Shown: piece after piece, positions 1 to 10,950 of the stretch
Position numbering within the stretch: position 1 is the first letter of the stretch
Layout of the letters: every line of letters begins with the position of its first letter
DNA from: an uncultured Methanomicrobiales archaeon
GTDB lineage: Archaea; Halobacteriota; Methanomicrobia; Methanomicrobiales; Methanospirillaceae
Direction of reading: 5' to 3'
Assembly (NCBI GenBank): GCA_963758915.1
Contig: CAVWXH010000016.1
Span: forward strand, 320,001-384,000
Length of the DNA stretch: 64,000 bases
Notes under the pieces: generated by a model
What the model saw: the letters and a program-made list of their open reading frames with translations, nothing else
What the model was told of the DNA's origin: nothing
The model's database searches: none
Program-made: the position numbers and the translations under genes

Positions 1-328
1 ATAATGCAGCCATAATTATGGACAAGCCAAGTAAAACAACAATTATGACCGCAAGCACCTGCTTCAGTCGCTTATAAGGCCTGTCTGCAACATTTTTCAG
101 CGGGATTTCAGGTTTATACTCGAGTCTGTCTAGAATTTCCTTGCATTTCTTTGCATCATCAGTCCTGTCCAGTTTTAACAGAGTTACATAAATATTATTC
201 CAGGCGTCACGGTATTCCGGGTCTATTTCGATAGCTTTACCATAATATTGAAGCGCAGTTTCATAATCACCTCCTTTAAAGTAACTATTTCCCTGATCTT
301 TATATTCGACAGCTTTATTTTTTTTCAT
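1..328 (-). CDS. TPR-repeat protein with transmembrane segment (partial, runs off window)
   Basis: Manual translation from ATG at 328: MKKNKAVEYKDQGNSYFKGGDYETALQYYGKAIEIDPEYRDAWNN... is a typical TPR; hydrophobic VLAVIIVVLLGLSIIMAAL near the window edge; no stop before position 1. Confidence 0.75.
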   Translation of the reverse strand, partial: MKKNKAVEYKDQGNSYFKGGDYETALQYYGKAIEIDPEYRDAWNNIYVTLLKLDRTDDAKKCKEILDRLEYKPEIPLKNVADRPYKRLKQVLAVIIVVLLGLSIIMAAL

Positions 329-630
329 AATCCTCGTTCTGAGTTTGAACTACTGTTCTCGTATGTTAATATTTTGTTGGTTGTCATCCAATAGAAAACC
401 TTAGATTAAGACACAGCAGGGGATATCCCGCGTCGGTGAATAACTGTTGCGGAGTTATCGCCTGATTATCAGGCTTTCTACCAGATACTCATTCAAAGGC
501 AGAATTTCGCGAATGGCTCATCCCTTACTCTCTGGTAGCATTTTTAACCAGGTAACAGGCAGAAAAAAATCCCGGGGTCCCTTCTGGTAAAGAAGTATAT
601 AGGTTCTGAAACAAATCTCCCCAAAAGACC

Positions 631-2121
631 ATGCATAGACATTTTATTGATATGCAAGCCATCGCCCGGAGTGCAATGGATAAGTATGGATTCAATTTCC
701 GGTTCCCTGAGCCGGTACTTTTTGAAGTTAATGCCCTGCAGGTCCGTATCTTTCCCGAAGGAGACGAGAATGAGCGGGACATGCGGGACCTCCTCTGGTC
801 ATCCATTGATAACTGGGACTCAATGGACCTTGACCAGCTGGAATATTGTGAAAGAGGGCCCGACGGAGTGATACATGTCAGGATCGCGATCGCCGATGTC
901 GACCTGTATGTTCCAAAACATTCCCTGGCTGACCAGTACGGTGTACATAACGGGACTTCAGTTTACACGGGGATCGAGACCTTCCCTTTATTCCCTGACA
1001 AATTATCACGTGGTATCTCGTCTCTATTGCCCGGGCAGGACCGGATGGCGGTTGTGATTGAATATTCAGTACTTCCTGATGGAAATACCCGGCCAGGTGA
1101 CGTTCACCGGGCGCTTGTACATAACAAAGCAAAACTCGTTTATGAAGAGATAGGGGAATGGTTTGAGGAGGAGGGGCCGATCCCTCAACCGGTTCTGGAT
1201 ATCCCGGGATTAAAAGAGCAGCTCATGATGCAGGTAGAAGGTATGCAGCGCCTGAAAAAACGCAGGATCGAAAACGGGGCACTCGATCTTGACACTCTTG
1301 AAACTCATGCAGTCCTGGAGGGGGTTTCGGTGAAGGACCTCGTTATTCAGAAACAGAATATAGCCCGGAACATTATAGAGGAGTTCATGGTCGCTGCGAA
1401 TGGAACCATGGTATCGTTCCTCGGAAAAGCGGGTATTCCCATGATTCAGAGAATCGTACGCACCCCAAAGAACTGGGGGGGTATCGTTCAACTGGCTGCA
1501 CTGCACCACGAAACTCTTCCGGATGTTCCGGATTCAAAAGCCCTGTCCCTGTTTCTCGACAGGCGCAGGCAGGCAGACCCTGAACGGTTCCCTGACCTTT
1601 CCCTGGCGGTAATAAAACTTCTTGGTCCCGGTGAATACGTGACACTGGAACCCGGTGATCCGCCCTATGGGCATTTTGCACTTGCAGTGACCGATTATAC
1701 ACATGGGACCGCCCCGAATCGCCGGTATGTTGACCTGGTGAACCAGCGCCTTGTAAAGAGTGTAATCAACCGGTCAGATACCCCCTACGCTCCTGAAGAA
1801 CTTGTCCGACTGTCTGCCTGGCTGACTGACCGTGAGAAGGCTTCCAAGAAAGTTGAACGATTTATGCGGAAAGCAGCAGCTGCAGTACTGCTGCGGGACC
1901 GAATCGGGGAGTCCTTCGAAGGGTTAATCACCGGTGCAAAAGAACGGGGGACCTATGTCCGGCTGATTAAACCCCCAGCTGAAGGCCGTATTGTCCGTGG
2001 CGAACGTGGACTGTTTGTAGGCCAGAAAGTCCGCGTCCGGCTATTGAAGACCGACCCCTATAATGGATTTGTTGACTTCGAATATATCGGAGAAATAAAA
2101 AAAGGAATGTTGAAGAATTGA
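631..2121 (+). CDS. RNB-domain exoribonuclease (RNase II/R family) with C-terminal S1-like domain
   Basis: Motifs SIDNWDSMDLDQ, IAIADV, IEEFMVAAN, HFALAVTDYTHGTAPNRRYVDL. Confidence 0.9.
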   Translation: MHRHFIDMQAIARSAMDKYGFNFRFPEPVLFEVNALQVRIFPEGDENERDMRDLLWSSIDNWDSMDLDQLEYCERGPDGVIHVRIAIADVDLYVPKHSLADQYGVHNGTSVYTGIETFPLFPDKLSRGISSLLPGQDRMAVVIEYSVLPDGNTRPGDVHRALVHNKAKLVYEEIGEWFEEEGPIPQPVLDIPGLKEQLMMQVEGMQRLKKRRIENGALDLDTLETHAVLEGVSVKDLVIQKQNIARNIIEEFMVAANGTMVSFLGKAGIPMIQRIVRTPKNWGGIVQLAALHHETLPDVPDSKALSLFLDRRRQADPERFPDLSLAVIKLLGPGEYVTLEPGDPPYGHFALAVTDYTHGTAPNRRYVDLVNQRLVKSVINRSDTPYAPEELVRLSAWLTDREKASKKVERFMRKAAAAVLLRDRIGESFEGLITGAKERGTYVRLIKPPAEGRIVRGERGLFVGQKVRVRLLKTDPYNGFVDFEYIGEIKKGMLKN

Positions 2122-2187
2122 TATCCTGTCCCCCTTTCCCTTTTTTTACTCTCCTGACTGCCGCGAAACATTCCCGGTGAGAAAAAA

Positions 2188-2856
2188 GTGATATTCTCCC
2201 AGGTTATCCGTGATGCCTGGCAGATGTTTGATGAATTCAGGGGACACCAGAAGATTTTTGACCAAATCCAGTCAATTCAGACATTCGATGATACTTCAGG
2301 GGGACCTCACAGGTTTTTATTACTTAATTCTGCTGACGGGACTTATCATTATCATCATCACGTTGAGAATCCGTCATATATTGTTGGACATTCACAGGAG
2401 CAGGTTCGGCTTAATCCAGTTTTTCACCTGTCATGGCAAAGAGAGGTCGGGCCCCGGGGTAAGGGTGAAGGAATGGCAGCGTAATGCTATTCGTCATTTA
2501 ATTGCTCAACGTGATACTCTTGATAATGACATCTGGCAAATGAATAACCGGCGGAACAACCTGGCTGAAATGGAACAGGAGGCGCAGAAAAAACATTCAG
2601 AACCCGACTATCGGGAATATCCACCAAAGTTCTCGAAGACACTGAGAAATCCCTGTTTATTGAGTTCGGGATAACCCTGAACAAGACAAAAATTGAGGAC
2701 TTAAGACGCCGTCTGGAGCAGAAAGATGCGAGCATCCACTCCATGGAACAGACCCGTAACCAGGTAAAAAGTTGCCTTACATCATATAGCAAGGGAGAAA
2801 ATCCCCGGTTGCCAGTTATGAGGTATATCCGGGGATTGTTTTTTGATTTAAGGTGA
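2188..2856 (+). pseudogene. Hypothetical coiled-coil protein, apparently split by frameshifts
   Basis: Overlapping ORFs 2188-2484 and 2210-2674 plus an open frame ...TFRTRLSGISTKVLEDTEKSLFIEFGITLNKTKIEDLRRRLEQKD... ending TGA at 2856; shift near the A-run at ~2587-2593. Confidence 0.4.
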
Positions 2857-2925
2857 TATGGTTCAACACTCAGTTTCCGCGATAAGCGGTGTAGCTTCTA
2901 TTCCGGAAGGTACGCCGGTTGGTAT

Positions 2926-3156
2926 TTATAGAGCAGCACCCGGTACTGCTTTTCCCTGGTATATTGTCTGGCGGGCATCCCTGAAGTTGAATTTTTCAAT
3001 AATAAGATGAGCCTCTTTTAATTTCCTGATAGCGTACCTGACCGTCCTTGGAGAGATGTTTGTCATCTTCACGATATCCTTATGGGTCATCGGATCTCCT
3101 TTCTCAAGGAGGGATAATACTGTCTTTGATGATGGGGGCAGATGAATTTCTGGCAT
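2926..3156 (-). CDS. Small winged-HTH transcriptional regulator (MarR/ArsR/TrmB-like)
   Basis: LPPSSKTVLSLL..GDPMTHKDI....ISPRTVRYAIRKLKEAHLI...NFRDARQTIY is a typical archaeal wHTH. Confidence 0.8.
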   Translation of the reverse strand: MPEIHLPPSSKTVLSLLEKGDPMTHKDIVKMTNISPRTVRYAIRKLKEAHLIIEKFNFRDARQTIYQGKAVPGAAL

Positions 3157-3306
3157 ACATACATGGTAACAGTGTTAACACTTAAGGTTGTCGATAGTTC
3201 CGATCGGGTTTGTGTAGGTTCTATTCTGCAAAGGGTCTGGCCGGATGCTACTCCGGGGCAGGGAACATCCATATTGTTGGCTGATCGACCAGTTCTTCAT
3301 GGGCTA

Positions 3307-3897
3307 TCATAATTTTGCAATGACAAGGTAATGGTATGGACCGGCTTCGCCTGACGAAATTATTCGAAAACCTGCGGATTTCATGAGGTCCATTGCTTTC
3401 TCTTTTGAAAATCGTTTTTCAAGAGGTGGACCAAATTCCATAGGCATGTCTGCCCAGTCTAGGTCAACCAGGACTCCTTCTGGTCGAAGCATTATTCTGG
3501 CGTTGGAGAGAACTTTTTTTGGGTCTTCGAAATCATGGAGATTGATTCCGAAAAAAACCATGTCTGCACAACCTTCGCATATTATTGTGTCTTCTCCTGT
3601 GCCAGTCTTTGGAATAAGCTGGTCAAGGCATTCCTCCTGCGCCTGGATCGCCAGTTGACCGATAGCCTCATCATTGATATCAAAGGCGTACACTTTTCCG
3701 CCGTTGCCTACGATATGTGCCGCAGGGATAGAAAAAAAGCCTTCCCCGCATCCTATATCGATGAATGTCATCCCGGGTCTTAACCCGGCACCAGAAAGAA
3801 TCTCTTCCGGGTTCTGCCACCGTCTTCTCTCCTGGTCATTTGATTTAAACCGGCGTTTGCTCATTGGTACATCCCATATTGCAGGGAATGTCAGCAC
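3307..3897 (-). CDS. Class I SAM-dependent methyltransferase (UbiE-like); true start probably MSKRRF at ~3864
   Basis: Motif I FIDIGCGEGFF, VYAFD, LHDFEDP...LRPEGVLVDLDW. Confidence 0.85.
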   Translation of the reverse strand: MLTFPAIWDVPMSKRRFKSNDQERRRWQNPEEILSGAGLRPGMTFIDIGCGEGFFSIPAAHIVGNGGKVYAFDINDEAIGQLAIQAQEECLDQLIPKTGTGEDTIICEGCADMVFFGINLHDFEDPKKVLSNARIMLRPEGVLVDLDWADMPMEFGPPLEKRFSKEKAMDLMKSAGFRIISSGEAGPYHYLVIAKL

Positions 3898-4077
3898 CAG
3901 GGTTTATCAAATTATGCGGGAGATAATTCCCCCAAGTTCCTGATGCAGTAATGAGACGAATTGTGGAAGGTGACCTGGTGAGGGTGCTAATGTGCAAAAT
4001 AATATCGTGCTTATAAAAAATTACAGGGCCATTGTATTGCAGATACCTTGATGTATCCTGCATGCATCACGGGAACT

Positions 4078-4275
4078 ATGTACGATATTGAGAGCAGCAA
4101 AAAAATGGAAAATGGTATCGTGGTTTTCTATCACCAGAAAGGCGAGAAAAAATATGAATCCTTTAATTATCAGGAGTTAATAGACTTAAAAATCAACGCC
4201 CTTGACCTGCTGGAACATCCGCACCGATATAGTGTTGATAATGAAGCGCACAAGGTATATGCAAAGGATGATTAA
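4078..4275 (+). CDS. Small hypothetical protein
   Basis: ORF MYDIESSKKMENGIVVFY...; plausible composition, followed by a T-rich tract. Confidence 0.6.
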   Translation: MYDIESSKKMENGIVVFYHQKGEKKYESFNYQELIDLKINALDLLEHPHRYSVDNEAHKVYAKDD

Positions 4276-4733
4276 TTAACTCGTTCCAATCCCCTTTAAC
4301 CATTTTTAAGGTCTCCCTGTTTTGCACGGTAAAAAAAACGCGTGGTTAATAGGGTGAAATGACGTTAACATGGGTTTCCGGATTGTATCACACTAATTTT
4401 AACATTGTCTTAGTTCAAAAATAAATTTCCGGCAAAATTTTTAATCCGCTGACGGGGCGTCCTTCGGGAGCGGCGTGGTTCTTGTTCCGGTATCCGGAAC
4501 GGAGTTCCATCAGTGCAGCTCTTTTCGACATCATGGTTACATGAACATTTTGACAAAGAGGTTGCTTTAGAGGAATAATTGGTTTTCAGTTCTGTAACGG
4601 GCACTGAGTTTTTCAGAGCCCACGAACCGGTATTTTTTTCATAGATCTGTTCCGGAATTTTCTTTGCGGCTCAACAAATCATAACCTATTCTGGCCTGCC
4701 ACTATCATTCGGAGGAAGACCCAGGTCTTTTCT

Positions 4734-5477
4734 CTAACATTCAATAGTGAGGTCGTCGGTTGCAACAATCAGGCCGGGAAAGGAAGGTTCAAATTGTTTC
4801 TTCACCCTGATCCTGTCATCGGGAGTCCTGTATACTTCAGCGCCGAAATGTATCAGAGCAAGCCTTTTGGCATGTGCTTCCTTCGCTATCCTGATCGCAG
4901 TTTCAGGGTTAAGGTGTGGCCATTCCGGGCTTTGCTCTCCGGGTAATAACCCGCATTCGGTAATAAGTAAGTCCGCATCCTGTGCAAGAAGTATTGCATT
5001 ATCACAAAATCCCGTGTCTGTACAATACACGACAGTCGTGTTATCAATTACCAGCCGGTATCCGAAACAGGGCACGGGATGAAGGAGCAACCGGCATTCG
5101 ACGGGAAAAGGGATGAAATGCCTGCCTTCTGTGAATTCAAGGAAATTAACCCTGAATGGGAGTTTTTCGAATGGTACCGTGAACGGTTCCCTGACCAGCG
5201 AGCTGAGGATCTCCCGCGTTCCTGGTTGCCCGCAGATATTCAGTCCTTTCCCAAAATTAAATTTGACAAGCGTATGTAGGCCCGTGATATGGTCCAGGTG
5301 GAAATGGCTGATAAACAGGTAAACCGGTTTTTCCTGGGATATATAACGATCTGCCTTTGCGAAGCCGTTACCGGCATCAAAAATAATATCGTATTTATCT
5401 GACTGGACGAGCACCGAACAGGTATTGCCTGTAACGGTATCGTACCAGCCATTGGTACCCAGGAATGTCACATTCAT
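4734..5477 (-). CDS. Metallo-beta-lactamase fold hydrolase (RNase Z/BN-like)
   Basis: VTFLGTNG, FDAG, SHFHLDH, YCTDT, LITEC, HL..., LALIHF motifs. Confidence 0.85.
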   Translation of the reverse strand: MNVTFLGTNGWYDTVTGNTCSVLVQSDKYDIIFDAGNGFAKADRYISQEKPVYLFISHFHLDHITGLHTLVKFNFGKGLNICGQPGTREILSSLVREPFTVPFEKLPFRVNFLEFTEGRHFIPFPVECRLLLHPVPCFGYRLVIDNTTVVYCTDTGFCDNAILLAQDADLLITECGLLPGEQSPEWPHLNPETAIRIAKEAHAKRLALIHFGAEVYRTPDDRIRVKKQFEPSFPGLIVATDDLTIEC

Positions 5478-5689
5478 GTATACCTATCGTGAGGTGGACA
5501 GGGTAAAAAAGATTGAGATACAGTATAAAAGAAACGTCTTCCAGTCTTAAGATTACCGGATGATGGGAATACCTAAAAACGGCGATAATATTTCAATTGT
5601 CGCACAAGGAACAAAAAATCCCGGTTACATCTCCAATAGAGAAATTTAATAACAATGTACAACCCGGGAAAAAATAATCCGGATTAAAA

Positions 5690-6526
5690 TTATGGTTTAC
5701 TTGCCCGTCGCGCCATTATGACGGCTGCGATAATTACCCCAAAAAAGAGCATCATTAAAGAGAACCCGGCCGTCGCCGGTGGCGCCAGCTTACCCGGTGC
5801 ATCACACCTTGTCTCCGTCTTTTCGAGGTCGACTGTTGCATTTGACAATCCCGGCCAGGGAAGGTCATAATCAGGGTTACTTTGGACAGAATGCCGGTAG
5901 GCAGTTGTGGCCCCGGTGCAGTTCCCCATGTCAGCAAGGATTCCACCTTTTACGTGCAGGTAGTGTGCGTTACCAGGATCAATATGAAGGGCTTTATCAA
6001 TTGTTTCCTCTGCTGCAGAGAGATTCCCTGTATTCCGGAGTGCAAATGCCTTCAGGGCATAGGCCGTCGCATAGGAAGAGTCCCCTGCCAGGGCTGAGTC
6101 AGCATCGTTTATGGCTTCCTGGTTTTTCCCCATTGCTAAAAGGGCATAACCACGGTTCGCATACCTTACCGGCCGGGTATCATTCGGGATTGCCAGGCTG
6201 ATTAAATCTGCAGCTTCCTGGTAATGTCCCGTCTTTCTCATGGCATACCCCTGGAGACAGAGCAATTCAGGGTTATATGGATAGTATATAAGCCCCTCTC
6301 GGGTACTCGCGATAACACCACTCCAGTCCCGACCTGCCACCAGGGCCTTTCCCTGGGTTTCATACTCTGTTGCATTTCTTATCGCAGGGATCTCCTTTGC
6401 GTTACCGGCGCTGACATTCATCAACCCGGTAACAGGGATACAGAGAGAAATCAGGAGGAGAAGAAGAATGAAGTGGATTTTTGCATAAAATAAAAACCTT
6501 TGAGCATTTGTCCGGCCAGGTGACAT
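5690..6526 (-). CDS. Secreted/membrane-anchored TPR protein
   Basis: N-terminal hydrophobic signal, several TPR units (YANRGYALLAMGKNQEAI), C-terminal AGF-TM-RR tail resembling PGF-CTERM. Confidence 0.8.
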   Translation of the reverse strand: MSPGRTNAQRFLFYAKIHFILLLLLISLCIPVTGLMNVSAGNAKEIPAIRNATEYETQGKALVAGRDWSGVIASTREGLIYYPYNPELLCLQGYAMRKTGHYQEAADLISLAIPNDTRPVRYANRGYALLAMGKNQEAINDADSALAGDSSYATAYALKAFALRNTGNLSAAEETIDKALHIDPGNAHYLHVKGGILADMGNCTGATTAYRHSVQSNPDYDLPWPGLSNATVDLEKTETRCDAPGKLAPPATAGFSLMMLFFGVIIAAVIMARRASKP

Positions 6527-6654
6527 GGATCAGTATTGGCTTAATGGTTACAAATAGGTTTTTTAGTCCGGAGTCCCGGATCGGTGAATTGCATCTCCCC
6601 CATGGAGTCCTGGACAGGAATTACAATAGTCCGGTATATGTCGTGTGAGGTTCT

Positions 6655-8085
6655 CTATTTCGCGAGGGTATACATGGCCCGTGCATAGATCTTTGCAATC
6701 ATTACAAGTTCTTCACAACCTATCGATTCATCAGAAGCGTGAATATTATAGGTCTTACCAGGAAAATATGGGCCGAATGCGACAATATTTGGGAGCCTTC
6801 GGGCATAGGTTCCGCCTCCGATTGCAACGGGGTCCCCGGGATTGCCTGTTACGTCACGGTAGACCGCCGCTAGTATCCTGATGAGGTCTGATTCGGGTGG
6901 ATAATAGAGTGGCGGCTGATGTTTTTTTATAACGGTAATAATGTCCTCGTCCTTCACTGTCGCTTTGACGTGTTCAATTACATTTTCCATTGTTTCACTC
7001 ACCGGGTAGCGAAAATCAACTGATAGAATAAAGTCCCTGCCTGCGTAGCGTACAACACCGGCATTGAGTGTGAGATGTCCGGATGATGCATCAGCGAACC
7101 CGAGGCCGAATGAGAGACCAGTTGTATCCATGGCGATTCTTTTCTGCAGGAACCTGATCATGTAACCGACTTCCACCGGGTCAAACTGCACAGTCGATAG
7201 AAAAGCAATGAGCTGCATGACAGCATTTTTTCCAAGTTGAGGCCTGGATGCATGGGATGAGACCCCTTCCGACATGATGATTACGAGGTCACCATTCTGC
7301 TCTGCAGCTATCGAAAACCCTGAAACACGGGAGAATTCTTCACATTTTCTGATGATTTCCAGGGGGTTACGGGTCCTGATTTCCGCTGCAGCCCGGCCCG
7401 GTACCATATTGACCGCTTCGCCCCCGTTAAACGATACGAGGATGTCATTACCCGAATTCTTACAATCAAATGAAAATTTTCTGACGAAATCGACCTGGAG
7501 AATACCCTTCTCTGCAAATACAACCGGAAAATCCGAATCAGGAGTGAATCCGCAAACAGGTGGTTTTTCCTTCAACAGGTAATACCCGATATCAAGGTCA
7601 CCTGTCTCTTCGTCAGTTCCAAAAATTACCCTGATACGTCTGGTGAGTGATACACCACTATCCCGTATAGCCTTAAGACTGTACAGGGCTGAAACAATGG
7701 GCCCTTTATCATCAAGGGCGCCCCTGCCGTATATCCTCCCCTCGTGAACCCTGCCACTGAAAGGTGGGAATGTCCAGTGATCCCCTTCAGGAACGGTATC
7801 AAGGTGCCCGAGGACTGCAATGTACTCTTCTCCTTCGCCGTATTCTACAAAACCTGCATAATTGTCGAGATTATGTGTAACAAATCCCATGGCACCGGCA
7901 ATATCAAGAGCTGCCTTCAATGCCGCCGCCGGACCTTCACCGCATGGTCTCCCTTGTTCCGGCTCTCCGGCCACGCTCCTTATTTGAATAATGCTCCTGA
8001 CTGACTCTGCAAGTTGCCGCCGGTCTGACTCGATCAGCTTGTCCAACATGCAATATAATTCATTCATTGTTTCCGACATTGCCAC
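6655..8085 (-). CDS. pepV: M20 family dipeptidase (PepV/Sapep-like)
   Basis: GHLDTVP, GRGALDDKGP, GTDEE, FTPDSDFPVVFAEKG, GGGTYAR, AFGP...H..DE. Confidence 0.85.
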   Translation of the reverse strand: MAMSETMNELYCMLDKLIESDRRQLAESVRSIIQIRSVAGEPEQGRPCGEGPAAALKAALDIAGAMGFVTHNLDNYAGFVEYGEGEEYIAVLGHLDTVPEGDHWTFPPFSGRVHEGRIYGRGALDDKGPIVSALYSLKAIRDSGVSLTRRIRVIFGTDEETGDLDIGYYLLKEKPPVCGFTPDSDFPVVFAEKGILQVDFVRKFSFDCKNSGNDILVSFNGGEAVNMVPGRAAAEIRTRNPLEIIRKCEEFSRVSGFSIAAEQNGDLVIIMSEGVSSHASRPQLGKNAVMQLIAFLSTVQFDPVEVGYMIRFLQKRIAMDTTGLSFGLGFADASSGHLTLNAGVVRYAGRDFILSVDFRYPVSETMENVIEHVKATVKDEDIITVIKKHQPPLYYPPESDLIRILAAVYRDVTGNPGDPVAIGGGTYARRLPNIVAFGPYFPGKTYNIHASDESIGCEELVMIAKIYARAMYTLAK

Positions 8086-8624
8086 AACCAGCAGGAATTA
8101 TCCTTTGAACTCTCCCAATATTGGTTGAAAAATATTGAATTTCTTTTTTCATATCTTTTTAGTTACTGATGGTAACCATATATAGGTCACGCAAATCATG
8201 AAGGAACCAAATTATCAGGCTTTATTCAGGTATTTAACCTGATATCTCCATCTTCTATAGTCCCGATAAAACATTGGTCTCCCATGATATCGTTCCCGGA
8301 ATCCTTTCTGCTTATTGGTATACCGTTTAATTACGGTATACACCTCAATGAGCGCATGAAACGATAGATCATACCTGCAGGACGTTTCGAGGTCACAGAT
8401 CCGGCTTACTCTGGTTGTGAAACTAAACCTAATTGCCTTATTTTTAAGTCTGATAGTCTTATTACGTCCATAACCTGCATAATTATAATATCTATAAAAT
8501 GCGGCGGACACCTGCAATATGTACGACCATAATGTATTTACGTCATGAAGTGACGGGATGAACATGATTATTAACCGTCCCGATCGTCGTTTGACCCCCG
8601 AAAACAAGGCAAACCACCGATATA

Positions 8625-8659
8625 TTTATATACTTAATATTATATTTACTATTTGAGGT
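8625..8659 (+). promoter_or_regulatory. Putative TATA box and RBS of histone gene
   Basis: TTTATATA at 8625-8632; GAGGT at 8655-8659, 7 nt before the ATG at 8667. Confidence 0.6.
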
Positions 8660-8666
8660 ATTTACA

Positions 8667-8873
8667 ATGGCAGATTTACCTATTGCGGCAGTTGTAAGAA
8701 TTGCAAAGGCGAATGGAGCCGAGAGAGTCGGCAGTGATGCAGCAGCAGCACTTGTAAAGAAGACTGAAAAATATATTGCACACCTCACCAAAGAGGCAAA
8801 CAAGCTTGCGATTCACGCAGGAAGAAAGACGCTGAAAGAAGAAGACATCGAGATGGCTGCAAAGTCATCCTGA
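8667..8873 (+). CDS. Archaeal histone (HMf/HMt family)
   Basis: MADLPIAAVVRIAKANGAERV...A.HAGRKTLKEEDI histone fold, 68 aa. Confidence 0.95.
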   Translation: MADLPIAAVVRIAKANGAERVGSDAAAALVKKTEKYIAHLTKEANKLAIHAGRKTLKEEDIEMAAKSS

Positions 8874-9084
8874 TTCCTTTTTCAATCTAATCCACACTTC
8901 TCCGGGTATTTCCGGTCGGTTTTTACGTTCATTGTTTCAAAGGACGCCCTTCCAGGCTATTATGCTTCAGGTACTCACGGGATTGAAAAATATTTTCTAT
9001 CGCTGTTGATTTTTATGCCAGGTGATACTGGTATTTATTCCGGGTAGCTGACCCGGGCATGAAATTCCGGATATATTATGCAGG

Positions 9085-10042
9085 TTAATTCCTGCGCACC
9101 GCAAGGAGTGGCGTATACCCTGATCCTGATACCATTGTATTGATATCAGAACAGACCTGGAATGTGCTTTTTCCGGTATCCGAACACATCAGCCCTTTTA
9201 TATCTGAAAACCCACCGGGAGAACCTGACAGGATCCTGTCCCCGTTATAGCAGAGGATGGAATTTTTACCCGCAGCAATCAGGGAATCACCTGACGGTTT
9301 GAGGTCAAATATCGCCGATTCGAGATAAAACGATTGCATCCTCTCCCCGGAAACACGATGCAATCCCCCGAAATCAAGAGAACGGTGACAACAGCCGGCC
9401 GAAATAATCATGGAGCCATTACCGGATGGATCGGGTACAATACCAGTGACCGGCTGGCGCCCGTCAACGGTCACTATCCGGCCGGTATCTCCGTTAATCA
9501 GTTTTAACCCACCCGGTAGTTCGCCACGGTTAAAACCAACATAGAGATCTTTCCCTGGTCCCGGCGCTATAGAAATCTGTACAGCATCGAAAAGCCATTC
9601 AGCAAGTGGTGTTAGGTTCCAGACCCCCGAATCAAGAGAAAAACGGTACAGGTTATACGGTGACAAAATTATGATTTCTTCTTCCTGTATAATCATACGG
9701 CAGGTCCTTTCTTTTGTGGGGGCCGAGCCGAATCCCTGCCTGTTCACGCGGGGTGGTGGTGTCCGGGTAGTACCTGTGATCCAGTCCGGCAAACGGTATC
9801 TCTGTTAAAAATTCCCAGTTTCCCAAGGTTTTTACCCATATATCACCTCTCTCCATTGCCACCAGTATTCGTCCGTCAGGCAGGAGAAAAAAATCATCAG
9901 CCGCACTGGCAAACGGTGGGGTTTCCATTTGAAATTCTCTCTTGTCCAGATCAAACGAGAACAGGGTACGCTCAAAATAATGGAGCCAGAGAATTGAGCC
10001 ACAGAGATCAATCCGCTGAAGGTGGTGTCCGGGGTTATCCAT
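9085..10042 (-). pseudogene. Hypothetical protein, possibly beta-propeller; split into two overlapping ORFs
   Basis: ORFs 9653-10042 and 9085-9792 on the same strand overlap, with an apparent frameshift near 9780; beta-rich segments. Confidence 0.45.
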
Positions 10043-10120
10043 AGATCCTCACGGTACTGTGCTATTATCAGACTCGTATGCTCGTGGTATTATTTTTTAA
10101 AATCAGCATCGCCAATGTAA

Positions 10121-10498
10121 TCATTGTTGAATTCCCCGGGATGAGGATGGCATTCCAGATCTTTCTTTCAATGAATATTCCTGTACCTTCGCGAGATGGA
10201 CATGCCCATTCATAATACGTTGCACTTCACGCCAGCTCACGACATAAATTCTGCCATGAAGGTTGAATATGATCTCTTTCTTCTTCGGCTCCCGTACTGG
10301 TGAGAGCCATGCACATCCCTCCTCCTCCCCTGCGTCATTGATAATGCCTGCTGACTGGTCCGATGACAACAGGATACAATCAGATTTCATCAGGTAAAAT
10401 GTCCCTCCACGAAGTTCGAGAACGAAACTTTCTCCACTCTTCTTCATAGTCCCGGCATGTGTATACGAATCAGAGATAAGCTGTTTCATTATTCTCAC
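10121..10498 (-). CDS. Hypothetical protein
   Basis: 125-aa ORF with upstream AAGGTGAG RBS-like motif. Confidence 0.6.
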   Translation of the reverse strand: MRIMKQLISDSYTHAGTMKKSGESFVLELRGGTFYLMKSDCILLSSDQSAGIINDAGEEEGCAWLSPVREPKKKEIIFNLHGRIYVVSWREVQRIMNGHVHLAKVQEYSLKERSGMPSSSRGIQQ

Positions 10499-10697
10499 CT
10501 TACCCAGATATAATCCGGCATTGCACTAAAATATGGCGTCAGACACGGATTTTACACCAAATTCAGGCAATACAGAGAATATAAAAAATGTGTCGGCGTT
10601 ATAGGGTAAGTATAACCTGGCCATGAGAAAACACGGATATCTGATACCTGAATGAAAAAAATGTAAGCCGGGCTTTGTTGAAACCCTGAAGGATCAT

Positions 10698-10935
10698 AAA
10701 AATAGAAGAGGTAAATACGAATACGGAGGGGGGGTCAACCCCTCCCAGTCTCACCCCCAATACGATATTCATTGACAGGTTTCAACTGGGGGACTCAATG
10801 AAAATTTCAGAGATCAGGAGATAGTACCATACCCGATCCGGGCCCCCGACGCGGTGATCTGGAGCGCAGGAAGCGTGAATAAATTTTGGAATAACCGGAG
10901 TGTACAAGATATCTGGAGAGGATGTCGACAAAGAC
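10698..10935 (-). repeat. Copy A of ~230-bp dispersed intergenic element
   Basis: Collinear with 58744-58985 (same orientation) and with the reverse complements of 36243-36465 and 44125-44360; hairpin GGAGGGG-N7-CCCCTCC. Confidence 0.8.
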
Positions 10936-10950
10936 TAAAAAATGAATAAT

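Noticed and set aside
4410-4642. Small minus-strand ORF (4410-4604), possibly extended by a frameshift
   Set aside because: No recognisable motif; cannot be distinguished from a chance ORF.
8215-8607. 130-aa minus-strand ORF upstream of the histone
   Set aside because: Atypical composition, no motif, and it lies in a probable regulatory region.
10698-10935. Element as tRNA, SRP RNA, RNase P RNA or CRISPR repeat
   Set aside because: No cloverleaf or T-loop, no SRP/RNase P signature seen, four diverged dispersed copies, and no repeat-spacer periodicity.
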